This document shows positions 26,608 through 38,780 of a stretch of 64,000 nt of DNA, piece after piece. Within the stretch, counting starts at the first letter, position 1; each line of letters starts with the position of its first letter. The notes under the pieces are model-generated. The model was not told where the DNA came from. It did no database searches and saw nothing but the letters and a program-made list of their open reading frames with translations. Source of the stretch: Paraspadella gotoi (lineage: Eukaryota > Animalia > Chaetognatha); assembly GCA_051294375.1 (NCBI GenBank), contig CM119268.1:13713037-13777036 (forward strand), read 5' to 3'. Both the position numbers and the translations under genes were made by a program.

Positions 26608-27673
26608 TTCAAGGGTTAAAACCGAGTCGTCGAGTTTAAAAAGGTGAAGGATCACGACGAAAAATCTGGAAGCGAGTTTGTAGCCATTGCAATTTCTTTT
26701 AAACCATCAGCAATGAGTATTGACGGTCTTTTGTATTTCACTCACTTTATCCTTCTTTTATATTTAAATTCACTTGTAAACTCTCACTTACTCACGCACG
26801 CTTCTCACACTTTTTTATTGCGTCAATTGTGGATCTGAATCTCAAGCGAAGCGAGATTCGTGTTCGATGCCAGATGATGCAGAAGAAAAAAAGTGAACAA
26901 GGCGAAAAGAGAAAAAAAAATGGCGCCTTGGCAGCGAAATTGATGGACGTGCGAGGTTTTGAAAATGCGTTGATTCGCGACAAAATGAAAAAATAGGAAG
27001 CGAGAAACGTGGGACGCATGACGAGTGTAGAAAAAAAATAAACAAATAATGAAAAAAAAAAACATTTAAAAAAATTTAAACTAATCGAAAATATAATTTT
27101 ATTTTCTGTGCAAAAAAAAAAAAAAACTAACGGAAAATGCCAAAGCACGAACTGACAGTGGCGCGCGAATTTCCGCACGTACAGTCGTACACTCACTCAC
27201 GCACGTGATTTTCCGCGTCATCGAACGAAGAACTCGTAAAATCTGACATTTTTCTCTCTCGGTCCAATATCGAGGAAATTCGACCCATGAGTCCGAAAAA
27301 AACGAGAAAAAAAGACAACGAATGAGGAAATGGAGGAAAAGAAAGAAAAAGAAAGACGATGAAAAATGAAGGAATCTAATTAGGCCGGAGAAAAGAGAGA
27401 ACCCCCAGTGATTCTGAAAGAATGAGAGCGAGAGATAGAGAGAGACAGAGAGAGAGAGTATGCATAATTTCACTGAAAGAAGCCGGTTTTTAGGGATTTT
27501 GTATACATAAAAGAAGAACTAAGCTTATGGCTGAACACAAATCATAGATTCGATTTACTGGAATTTCTTTCTAAGGTCAAGACTTATATCGCCTGCATCT
27601 TTCATGCCGCTTATGAAATTTATATTTGGAAAGAGAAAGAAAGAAAATATAAGAGACAGAGAAGAGAGAGAGC

Positions 27674-27741
<68 letters not shown>

Positions 27742-28382
27742 AGAGAGAGACAAGAAGAGAGAGAGCAGAGACCGAGAGAAGAGAGAGAATGATGGAAGAC
27801 GAGATGAGAGAGAGAGACAGAGACCATTATACAACATGAATTCCAGGTTTTTTTTTCTTTCCTTCTTTCCACCATCCCAGTCTCAGCTCGCCGCATCGAC
27901 CTCCGCCTTCGGAGCGGCGGCGGCGGCGGCGGCGGCGACGGCGGCGTCGCTGGGAACCAGACTTGGCAGATACAAATGGGCAATTTCTTTTGTGGGCAGA
28001 GCATGAGAGGCCTCAAGGCTGAGGCCACGTGTAGCGAGGGTATTTAGAATCCGCGGGTGAATTAAACGAAGAGATAGAGACACACACAGAGAGAGAGAGA
28101 GCGAGAGAGAGAGAAAGAGAGAGAGAAAGAAACGAGTTTGAGACCAGAAATTTGTTTTATTCTTTAGTTTTTATTTTGATTAGTCTTCATTGAGAAGAAG
28201 AGACAACTCATTTCAATCCCCGAAAAGAATATTTTTGGCCCAAAATCCGGATGTTAACAAAACGTCAATATCGGTCCCAATATCCAAATTTCAAATCATT
28301 TCTTTTCACACAATTGAAACATTCTTTGATAGGAAATCCAGGTATTCTGGGAGTGAATAAACGAGACTGTGAGAGAATCTTG

Positions 28383-28468
28383 AACCACCAAAGCCTGTTC
28401 AAATTCAGGGTCAAGATAACTTTTTTATTAAATGAATGCATAATATTTATATTGGTTGTACCAATTTT
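28383..28468 (+). repeat. Dispersed repeat fragment, second copy at about 52489-52575
   Basis: aaccaccaaagcctgt.caaa.tcaggg.caagat...tttatattggttgtaccaattt is shared by both loci. Confidence 0.7.
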
Positions 28469-29000
28469 AGAACTATAAACTATAAAGTATAAACAGTGAC
28501 CAGTACCCGATGTTTCCTTCTACCTCTTATCAATTCTCAATTATTTTTCCCTCCATCGATTCGCTTCGCTGATTCTTCCTCGCTCCACATTTCCTCTCCT
28601 CTTCACAGTCCTGGAAATGATCAGCCCGACGTCACTTGCGTGACGGAAGGCGTAGGGCGCCGTTTCGCGCCAACGACGCCCCATTGCCGCAATCAGTGTG
28701 GCTCCGCGTATGCCATCAGAGACGTAACTGGCGGACAGATGATGGCGCCTCCTGTTTTCGTCCTGTTTTCCGTAGATCCGTTTCTGATCCTGCAGCAATT
28801 TTGCGGAAAGGAGAAATATGAATATAAACATTTTAGAAATGAACAACATACAAGAAAAATGGACGACTGTTCTGGGTTGAAGACTGGCAAGCATCGCCAC
28901 TCTTGTCTTCTCCAAACCGCTCCTTTCTTTTCGCGGTCAAATCTCGAGGCTCTTCACGTTTTCACGTCAAACGACCATTTTCGAAATCACTCACATTAAA

Positions 29001-29035
<35 letters not shown>

Positions 29036-29039
29036 TGAC

Positions 29040-29075
<36 letters not shown>

Positions 29076-29169
29076 AACACTTTTTTATACGAAAAAAATA
29101 TCCAAGAGAAATCTGTTCCGATTTCTTTTGATTTCCGCCGACGCAGGAATCGCAGGAGAGAAGGAAGAT

Positions 29170-29720
29170 CGGGGGAAATGGAATGGAGAGAAGGAGAAAT
29201 GGAAAAAATGAAGTATAGGGAAAAGGAATGGAGAGATGGAGGAATGGGAAAAAAAAGTAAAGGGAAATTGAATGGAGAGATGGAGGAATGGAAAAAATGA
29301 AGTAAAGATAAATGGAATAGAGATAGAGGAATGGAAAAATTAAGTAAAGGGAAATGGAATGGAAAGATGGGGAATGGAAAAAATGAAGTAAAGGGAAATG
29401 GAATGGAGAAATGAAGAAATGGAAAAAATGAAGTAAAGGGAAATAGAATGGAGAGATGGGGGAATGGAAAAAATAAAATAAAGGGATATAGAATGGGGAG
29501 ATGAAAAAAAGGAAATAATGAAGTAAAGGAAATAGAATGGAGAGATGGGGGAATGGAAAAAAATGAAGTGGCTGGAAATGAAGGGGAGATGAAAAAATGG
29601 AAAAAATTAGGTAAAGGGAAATGGAATGGACAGATAGAGGATTGGAAAAATGAAGTGGAGGGAAATGGAATGGAGTGATGGGAGAATTTAAAAATATTAA
29701 GTAAGGAAAAATAGAATGAA
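29170..29720. repeat. About 43-45-bp purine-rich minisatellite
   Basis: The unit approximates gggaaatggaatggagagatggaggaatggaaaaaatgaagtaaa, about 12 copies. Confidence 0.85.
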
Positions 29721-30680
29721 ATGAATAGTGGAGTTGTTTGTTAGGACGTTGAAAAGTGGGTTGTGTTGTACGTAGTAGGATTTAAGTCGTTGAAAAAATG
29801 TAATCAAATTAAAATGATAAATGTGATGGCTGGCTGAAAATAAAAATGTAGTTTATTTATCAATACATATTTTTTATCGTGTAACCGATCAAGAAGCATT
29901 TAAAAACAGAAAAAAGTGGGAAAGTTACGTGTGGCAACTTAACAAAGAAAAAGTCGTGAGAATGAAACAAAGAAAAACAAATAAATGCTAAAAATAGAAC
30001 GAACAGGCTCTATAAAGAAAAAAAATAGTCGCAAAGAAAGGTAAATAAAAAAAAAATAGGAACTAGAAATAAACAGGAGGACATCGCAGCCAACGACTCA
30101 ATAAGAGAAGAAAAAGACAACAGATTCTTATCTTATCTTATCAAATCACGTTAAATCACATCACATCACATCACATCACTTTTCTTCACTCACCTCTTCT
30201 TCAATTCTTGAAAGGGTTCTCTAGGTAATTTCATTTCTTCTATAGTAAGGCTCGTTTGTAGGTTTGTATGTCAATTTGTTTGAATCCTCATCATATTTAC
30301 GTTCCTATTTAAATTACATTTAGAAAACTTTACTTCACAACTTTAAAACGATAAGTCACTGAAAAAACAAAAAAGTTTCAAATTTTATTAAATGAAAAAA
30401 ATTACAGAAAAATCAAGGTAATATAAAATATACAATTATGACATAACGCAAAAATTAGACGTTTTTTGTGCTCTTCTTCTCAAATCCATGTCTATATATG
30501 TCGGAGATAAATTCATCGAAGGAATCGAGATGAAGAACAATTTGCTACGAACAATTAAGGGAACGGTTTCTTGACGTGAGCCACCTTGCCCCGCTGGCGA
30601 TCCTCATAAAAATCACCTCCAACATATAAACGTAAAATAACTAATTGTGTAAATTTTCTTTCAGTTTCGTTGCGTTTGAA

Positions 30681-30904
30681 TTTAGAATAACGAAGGTAAT
30701 TTTTTTTTGCTTTCGGCAGCGGCAATTTGAATTTTTATTTAAATTAAAATTACTGATATGTTTCGGCTCGAGTCTTCATCAGCACAAATTCATTTGCGCT
30801 AATGAAGACTCGAACTTGAGCCGAAAAACGTCAGTAATTTTTATCGCAAATAAAAATTCAAATTCAGTTGCCGAAAACAAAAATTAAGCCTTCGTTATTC
30901 TAAA
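30681..30904. mobile_element. Palindromic element with two divergent, degenerate hammerhead cores
   Basis: Ends tttagaataacgaagg / ccttcgttattctaaa. Cores are ctgatgaagactcgagccgaaacatatc (-, about 30753-30785) and ctaatgaagactcgaacttgagccgaaaaacgtc (+, about 30796-30834). Confidence 0.65.
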
Positions 30905-31280
30905 CTTAAAAGACAAAATTATGGATTAGCTCGTGAAATAAACAGCGAAGATGACGAATCCCGGTTAACGTACAGAAACAACTCCTGCCCCTCCCACAAC
31001 CGCCGCTGGTGGAGCCGAGCAAGCCAAAATGCCCGGGCAGAGTGAGAGCCCAAAGGTCAAAACGAATTTGAACCCTCGATGCGATGGAGGGAGAAAAAAA
31101 GAGGAGGATCGAGGAAAAGGAGAAAAGGAGGAAGGGAGGAAGGGAGGAAGGGAGGAATGAAAAAGAAAGGGCAGGGGAGGAAAAAAGGAAAAGGATAACC
31201 GACGGCAACGAAGCGGCAGAAAACGCTGGCGGCCTCGACTTCATTCGATGGAAAGCAAACAGAGCCAATACAGGCCGAGA

Positions 31281-31345
<65 letters not shown>

Positions 31346-31493
31346 AGAGAGAGAGAGAAGACGAGAGAGAGAGAGAGAGAGAATTTTTCATATTCAGCAA
31401 ATCTCCCCACGCTCTTCGGGTTCGAATGTCAACTTTCATCTTTTGAGTCGCGAATCGAATTTGATTATCGCCGTTTTTCGACTTCCTCGTCGA

Positions 31494-31510
31494 CGCCATT
31501 TCACTTCCGG
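31494..31510 (-). promoter_or_regulatory. Adjacent ETS (CCGGAAGTG) and YY1-like (AAATGGCG) motifs; candidate promoter
   Basis: The minus strand reads ccggaagtgaaatggcg. A further CGGAAG cluster lies at about 32460-32590. Confidence 0.35.
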
Positions 31511-32686
31511 TTGGGAGGTAGAAACGTCTTGAGGAATATGATATAAATAAAGATAACATTTATACTAATAACGAGGTAATAACGATTTGTGGTTTTAGAG
31601 CACTTCTTGTATGTATATAATTAGATCGAGATTGCAGTTGGATTAAGGTAAATATTTTATATTCTTTGTTTTTTTATTTTTTTTAATTTTTGTATATTTT
31701 TTAAATCTATTTAAATATAATAATGACTAATAATCGTCGACAGCTGATCCGTTCCGAAAGGATTCATCTTTTAAAGACATGAAATGAGATTCATCTTTAT
31801 TCAAGACTATAACTCGAGAGAGAGAAGTGAACAAAACGAGATACTGTTGTAGTTGGTTTTGTTGTTGTTGTTCTTGTTGTTGATTACAAAGGGTCGTTCA
31901 TATTCAAGGACAACTCGCCCGGGTACATGTTTGTCTTCAATGAAGAAAGATGGAGCAAAATTCCAATGGCGCTAGCGTTAAAGATAATTATATGAGATTT
32001 CTGATCGTTACTTTTAATGCATTTACAGAATTAACTGCCGGCGTACATTTTTTTATAAACTAGTAATAGAAAATATTTCTTAAATGTCGAAAAAGGGAAA
32101 TTAACTTGGTGCAAACGTTGAAGTCATGTATGAGTTTAGTTTCAAAATTAATGTATTTTAAAAGAATAGCGTCATAACCTGAAATGGTAAATTACATGAA
32201 AAAAAAGTGAGATAAGAGAATTTACTTTTATTCTAGATAAGATGATACAATTGCATTACTGATGATTACTTAGAAATTTAATGTATGCGGGTAATAAACG
32301 AAAAAGAAAAAAGTCCATTTACTTCAGGGTCGTGAAAATTAAAAGCGATTAGAAATGAAAGAGAAAAAATATGGCGCATATTAAAAGAAAAAAAAACCTT
32401 AAAAGTGAAAAGAAGAGAAAGAAGAAAAATGGGAGACTCGTTTTTCGAATTCTCTCTCTGCCCGGAAGTTAAAGGCAGAAAACGGAGAACTCAGAAGCGG
32501 AAGCGGACCCGGAAGTGGAAGCAGAAGCGGAGAAAGCGCAGAAGCGGAATCCAGAGCCGATGCAAAGGAAAGCGGAAGCGAAAGCCGAAGCGGGGGAACA
32601 AGACTGAAAGTCATTAGGCTTCACTTAATGTCCTCGTGGCCTGGAATTTAAACCGCGGACGGAACTCTGAGATAGGAGGAAGGGGA

Positions 32687-32772
<86 letters not shown>

Positions 32773-35700
32773 TGATGAAGGTAGCAGGGGAAACCAATGT
32801 AAACGGAGAAAAACGACTGTTCAATACAACTGAAACGAAGTTGGCCTTGAATACTTCTAGCTTTTTCAACGATCAGCTAAGGAAGGGGAGCACGAAAAAA
32901 AAAAGAAGCAATGAGCCTTTCTTGATTGTATAACTTTGAATATGATTGTTTTTATTAATTTTCTTTATAATAAATGTAGTAAGGACTAAGGACAATTTTA
33001 TTTACCCAATGCAATATTGGAGCTATGGCCGATTCCCTTCTTCAGAGAAATCGCGAGAGACTTTGTCCCCGGGTAAACGAGAAGTAAACACGCTGTTCCC
33101 CTGTAAATAATGTAAACGATAAATAATGAATCTATGCATAACGATCGAGCGCCATCTTTANNNNNNNNNNGGTAATTGGCGGGAATCGACGAAGGAGACG
33201 CTTAACACTTGACACTTAACTTCATCACCTCCTTTTCGTCGAGGGNNNNNNNNNNNNNNNNNNNNNNNNNNNNNNNNNNNNNNNNNNNNNNNNNNNNNNN
33301 NNNNNNNNNNNNNNNNNNNNNNNNNNNNNNNNNNNNNNNNNNNNNNNNNNNNNNNNNNNNNNNNNNNNNNNNNNNNNNNNNNNNNNNNNNNNNNNNNNNN
33401 NNNNNNNNNNNNNNNNNNNNNNNNNNNNNNNNNNNNNNNNNNNNNNNNNNNNNNNNNNNNNNNNNNNNNNNNNNNNNNNNNNNNNNNNNNNNNNNNNNNN
33501 NNNNNNNNNNNNNNNNNNNNNNNNNNNNNNNNNNNNNNNNNNNNNNNNNNNNNNNNNNNNNNNNNNNNNNNNNNNNNNNNNNNNNNNNNNNNNNNNNNNN
33601 NNNNNNNNNNNNNNNNNNNNNNNNNNNNNNNNNNNNNNNNNNNNNNNNNNNNNNNNNNNNNNNNNNNNNNNNNNNNNNNNNNNNNNNNNNNNNNNNNNNN
33701 NNNNNNNNNNNNNNNNNNNNNNNNNNNNNNNNNNNNNNNNNNNNNNNNNNNNNNNNNNNNNNNNNNNTCATTTTTTTTTGCATTATAACCCTTACCTTTA
33801 TCATCTTGTAAAGAATTCTGATTTTATGGCGCCTCGTCGTCATTTTTTCTTATTCTTTTTTAAATGATTCTCATTATGTGACTCTTAAATTTGTCATCTT
33901 AAAAACCGTATGATCCNNNNNNNNNNNNNNNNNNNNNNNNNNNNNNNNNNNNNNNNNNNNNNNNNNNNNNNNNNNNNNNNNNNNNNNNNNNNNNNNNNNN
34001 NNNNNNNNNNNNNNNNNNNNNNNNNNNNNNNNNNNNNNNNNNNNNNNNNNNNNNNNNNNNNNNNNNNNNNNNNNNNNNNNNNNNNNNNNNNNNNNNNNNN
34101 NNNNNNNNGTCCGGTCATTTTTTTTCCCTGGTCTAGTTTTCACCGTTCACCGTTCTAGTTCACCGTTCACCGTTCTAGTCCCTTTCTTTTAGCCGAAAAC
34201 CTCGTCACTTATTATTCGATCATAATCGTTTTTCTGGAAAAAAATCGGCCGTATGGAACCGTAGTTTTTATGTAATCCAAGGATTCTCTACACCAATTTA
34301 TAATACGACATTGATTTCGCCATTTATTTATTATCTTTAATAATAATAATAATATTAATTTATTTATTTATTTATTTATTTATTCACCATTTATTCGTCA
34401 TTTATTAGACATTTACTGCCATTCTGCGAAAACTTCAGTTTACTAAACCTCTTAAAGCAAACCGCTATAGTTATAACCCTAAATTCAATTATTAACTAAA
34501 ATGTGAGTTATTCTGCTGAGAAAGAATCTATTTCGACGCCACGTAATTCCAACTAACAAAAGAGAAAATAATTCAAAAGAACTTTTCCCCGACTCCGCGC
34601 ACAAAAGCACCGACGGGGTGCAGGGAGGCGCAAATAGCCTGGGGAAACGAAATTGTACGACGTAACGAGTTCAGTGAATAGAAAGGCACCGAGAAGTCCG
34701 CTCGCTCACATGAGTCACTGTTAAATATTGAGAAAACGGAACGACGACGACGACGACGACGACGAAAACGACGACGAGTCCTTTAATCTTCTCTATTTTC
34801 TCTCCATTTCTCAAGTGTTACAGAGTCCTCCACTTTGATTTCCTTCTCCCCCCCCCTTCTATTACCACAAAAGGAACCATTAACCTATAAGGCTTTTTGC
34901 CCGCCCCCCGTTTCCCCCCCTAGTTTCCCTCAACTCTTCCAGAGGCAAACATAAGACGCCGTCATGTGTTGGCATCCTTGTTTTGACTATATCCTGTCAG
35001 ATTTTATCTCTCGCGATATACGATTCCGGAGACTGCCGTTCATAACGTACTTCAGCTTAATATCAAAATCAGGGTAACGTTTACTAAATTTCAATTGACA
35101 TTTTAAAGAAGATAACACGTTTGGAATTGATGAAGTTGATGCGATATTCATCACGTCGTCGTTTTTTTTCGATCACGTGAGACGTAAAAACGTGTGAAAA
35201 AATCATACAGAAACACTGAATTTTTTATTTAAATTTTAACATAATTTTAACCTTCATGGATTAGGTAGTTTTTTCATTTTCTATTACCATTAATTATCTC
35301 AGTGTTAACCTAATTTACCTAATGTTCCTTTGCAGGAAAATAATTCATCATCGTTTATAATTATATTGATAGTACGGTCTCTCCGCTCTATTAAACAAAA
35401 AAAAAACCTTGAGTCACCTTTCTTGGGAAAGCAACGCGGTTTCAGACCAGGGAAAACTAATTTTCCCTTAACGATCACTTGGAACAGTCGAATTCGGGAT
35501 TATCTTTGGAATCTCTTCTACTACCAATCGAGAACAACCATTGAGAAGTTTCCACCTGTGCAGTTATGAGGCTCTACTGCAAATCTAATATTTTATCTTC
35601 TGCTTTTCAGATATTCTGGCACCAAAAATCGGAATTTTACGTACATTTGGCAAAAGATGAATTTTATATTCTGAGAATCTTCTCATCCTTTTGCTACCGA

Positions 35701-36652
35701 AGATTTTTTAAAGACGTGTGTTTTATTCTTCAAGTATTAATTTTGTATTGTTTTTGAAAGTATTTCTTTACAAAAAAAAACTCTTTACGAAAAACACAAA
35801 ACGTCCGTCATTAACTTAAGAATAACGTATTAGGGAGGGTGGGGAATTTAATAGTAAAGTCGTACATATATATATATAAAAGTCAAAAATTTAACGTTGA
35901 TTTTTGTGCTCATGTTGATATTTTTTGTTCATTCACTTAGAGGTCGTGATATTGTGGGACTAATAAAAAATAAACAAAAGTGAAGTCATGCGCCGCTCAA
36001 CTAAAAAATGAAAATAAAATTTATTGGTCTTGCCATCTGGCAAACGGATAAGATTGATCTTAAACTGATTTTCTGCATATCGATGATTATTATGACCCAT
36101 AATTTATATGTATATAAGTATATATATATAAGTATAACTAAAATACTTGCATTTAACACTTTAGTCCCCAAATTCGTCGCCAATAAAAATTTTTTGCGGT
36201 AAACCAAAAAAGAAAATCGTTGTGCTATTTAAATCTGAGCATGCTATACAGTTTGAAACTTTACAAACTAATTAAAAAGCATTGACATTGTACAATTTTC
36301 ATATTTTAATATTTAGATGTATTTTAATTCTATATATACTAGAAACAAAATGTGCAACCATTTGTTAAAACAATTGCATCTAAAATAACACTATTTATAT
36401 TTTTATCTTTATCTGCCAGTTTGCCAATCAAAACTCTTAATTCCGAAATTTGTTTTTTATAAAATGTGACAAATAAATACTTTTCAAATGACGAACTTAA
36501 TGTTAATCTATAAGTACAAGACGTTAAAAGCGTTTAAGCCGAAACAGATAATATCAACAATGAAAGGGACAAAACAATTCGAAGCACTGTGAAAATGACT
36601 TGAGGAGGATTGAGACTGAAATCTTCTGACCGATTTCGCAATTCTCTCTCTG

Positions 36653-36870
36653 TCAAGTCTCGTGGCCAAAGTTTGGCGACTTGACGACGGCGTGGACGTA
36701 AGACGCCGGGGACGCCGAGCTCTGGGAGTGATGCGAGGAACTTTGGGAGTGACGGATGGAACTCTGGGAGTGACGAGTCGAGCTCTGCGCTAGTTTAGGT
36801 GAATCGTTGTTGAAGTCCTCGACGAGAGTCTTTTGTTTGACGCGAGACATCTCCAACACGGTCTGGCCAT
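36653..36870 (-). CDS. Probable GPCR terminal exon (Ser-rich C-tail)
   Basis: Pyrimidine tract plus cgccag. The phase-1 reading is (D)GQTVLEMSRVKQ...SQSS repeats...NFGHET*. Confidence 0.6.
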
Positions 36871-37346
36871 CTGGCGGGAGGAAATTGAAAAGAGAAAAAC
36901 AANNNNNNNNNNNNNNNNNNNNNNNNNNNNNNNNNNNNNNNNNNNNNNNNNNNNNNNNNNNNNNNNNNNNNNNNNNNNNNNNNNNNNNNNNNNNNNNNNN
37001 NNNNNNNNNNNNNNNNNNNNNNNNNNNNNNTATTACGAACGTTTTCAAACTCAAACAATCATTTACGACCACGCAGTTGGTGTTGGCTTTATGACGATGA
37101 TAATTATGAAAATAAAAACCCCGATTAAATAGGAAAAAGTATGTAAAGAATAATTCTGTTTTAGCGCCGAGCACCAATTTTTAATTCATGGTTTCAAACC
37201 TCCAAACCAGATGCTTGTTTCGGTCGCCATTTTGAATTTTTCCCGCGGGGCGCAATTAATCAAGTTTTAAAATTCTCTTCTTTTTAAAGTCAAATAGTCG
37301 GAGAGCGAGAGGAAGGGGAGGAGTTAAAAGGGTTTTTTTTTTTTAC

Positions 37347-37411
37347 TCTAAAAAAGTGGAGGAATTTGCTTTTATTTTTCCGACAGCATCCTGATCCGCA
37401 GAGTTCTTGGC
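37347..37411 (-). CDS. Probable GPCR exon 7 (Cys-containing proximal C-tail); intact reading in the mirrored copy 38262-38328 (+)
   Basis: The mirror copy reads ttag|AKQLCGSGCCRKIKSKFLHFFR g|gtaaaa (67 nt, phase 0/1). This copy is two single bases shorter. Confidence 0.55.
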
Positions 37412-37894
37412 CTAAGAAAAAAAGACAAGACTCTTTTTTATAAAAAAGACAAACTTTTTAAAAAAGAGAACAAAACTCTTTTAAAAAAAGACAAAACTCT
37501 TTTTATTTAGTTAACTCAATTTCGAAAATCTCCGTTGTCTCCGTCACGGCGCCACGCCCAGAGCAAAAGACTTTTCCCCGTAAATCGAATCAGATTTGAA
37601 TATATAAAGAAAATATATAAAAGTTTTTTTAACGCGAGAAAATTATTGGGAATATATGTGGCTGACTCACTGGCTTTCCGAATTTGCTACTTTGGTTTCT
37701 TAATTTGCTTTTGTTCAAAAACAAAATTACTTAAGCTAAGTTTATAGTTTATACGTCATTCTCCTAAAAAGAAATTGTCCGAAGGACAACTCCATCGTTA
37801 ACAACAACCGCTGTGACCGGTGAGTCTGTTCACAGCAGCAGCTCCCTCACCTCCTTTCGAAATCTCGAGNNNNNNNNNNNNNNNNNNNNNNNNN

Positions 37895-37938
37895 ACTTTC
37901 TGCTCTACATCGTCGCCGGCTCGAGATTTCGAAAGGAG
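37895..37938 (+). CDS. GPCR exon 6, 3' part (TM7 and helix 8), present in mis-oriented sequence; partial correct-strand copy at 37851-37869 (-)
   Basis: ac ttt ctg ctc tac atc gtc gcc ggc tcg aga ttt cga aag gag|gtgagg = (N)FLLYIVAGSRFRKE. It joins in frame to NHAI+a at 44668. Confidence 0.85.
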
Positions 37939-38723
37939 GTGAGGGAGCTGCTGCTGTGACCAGACTCACCGGTCACAGCGGTTGTTGTTATGATGTAGTT
38001 TTGTCCAGTGAGTCACCACATAATAACCAAAATTTTTCTCGCGTAAAAAAAATCTTTATATATTTTCTTTATATTCAAATCTGATTCGATTTACGGGGAA
38101 AAGTCTTTTGCTCTGGGGCGTGGCGCCGTGACGGAGACAACGGAGATTTTCGAAATTGAGTTAACTAAATAAAAAGATTTTGTCTTTTTTTAAAAGAGTT
38201 TTTTCTTTTTTTAAAAGAGTTTTGTCTTTTTTTATAAAAAGAGTTTGTCTTTTTTTCTTAGGCCAAGCAACTCTGCGGATCAGGATGCTGTCGGAAAATA
38301 AAAAGCAAATTCCTCCACTTTTTTAGAGGTAAAAAAAAAAAACCCTTTTAACTCCTCCCTTCCTCTCGCTCTCCGACTATTTTGACTTTAAAAAGAAGAG
38401 AATTTTAAAACTTTGATTAATATGCGCCCCGCGGGAAAAATTCAAATGGCGACCGAAACAAGCATCTGGTCTTGGAGGTTTGAAACCGATGAATTAAAAA
38501 TTGGTGCTCGGCTAAAACAGAATTATTCTTTACATACTTTTTCCTATTTATTCGGGGTGTTTATTTTTCATAATTATCATCGTCCATAAAGCCAACACCA
38601 ACTGCGTGGTCGTAAATGATTGTTTGAGTTTGAAAAACGTTCGTAATATTGATCGAAAAACCCTTTGATTGAATTTCTCTCTCTCTCTCTCTCTCCTCAT
38701 CTTCTCTCTCATCTCGTCTCTCT

Positions 38724-38780
<57 letters not shown>

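Noticed and set aside
29170-29720. CRISPR-like or coding repeat array
   Set aside because: Plain degenerate tandem repeat without unique spacers, in a eukaryotic context.
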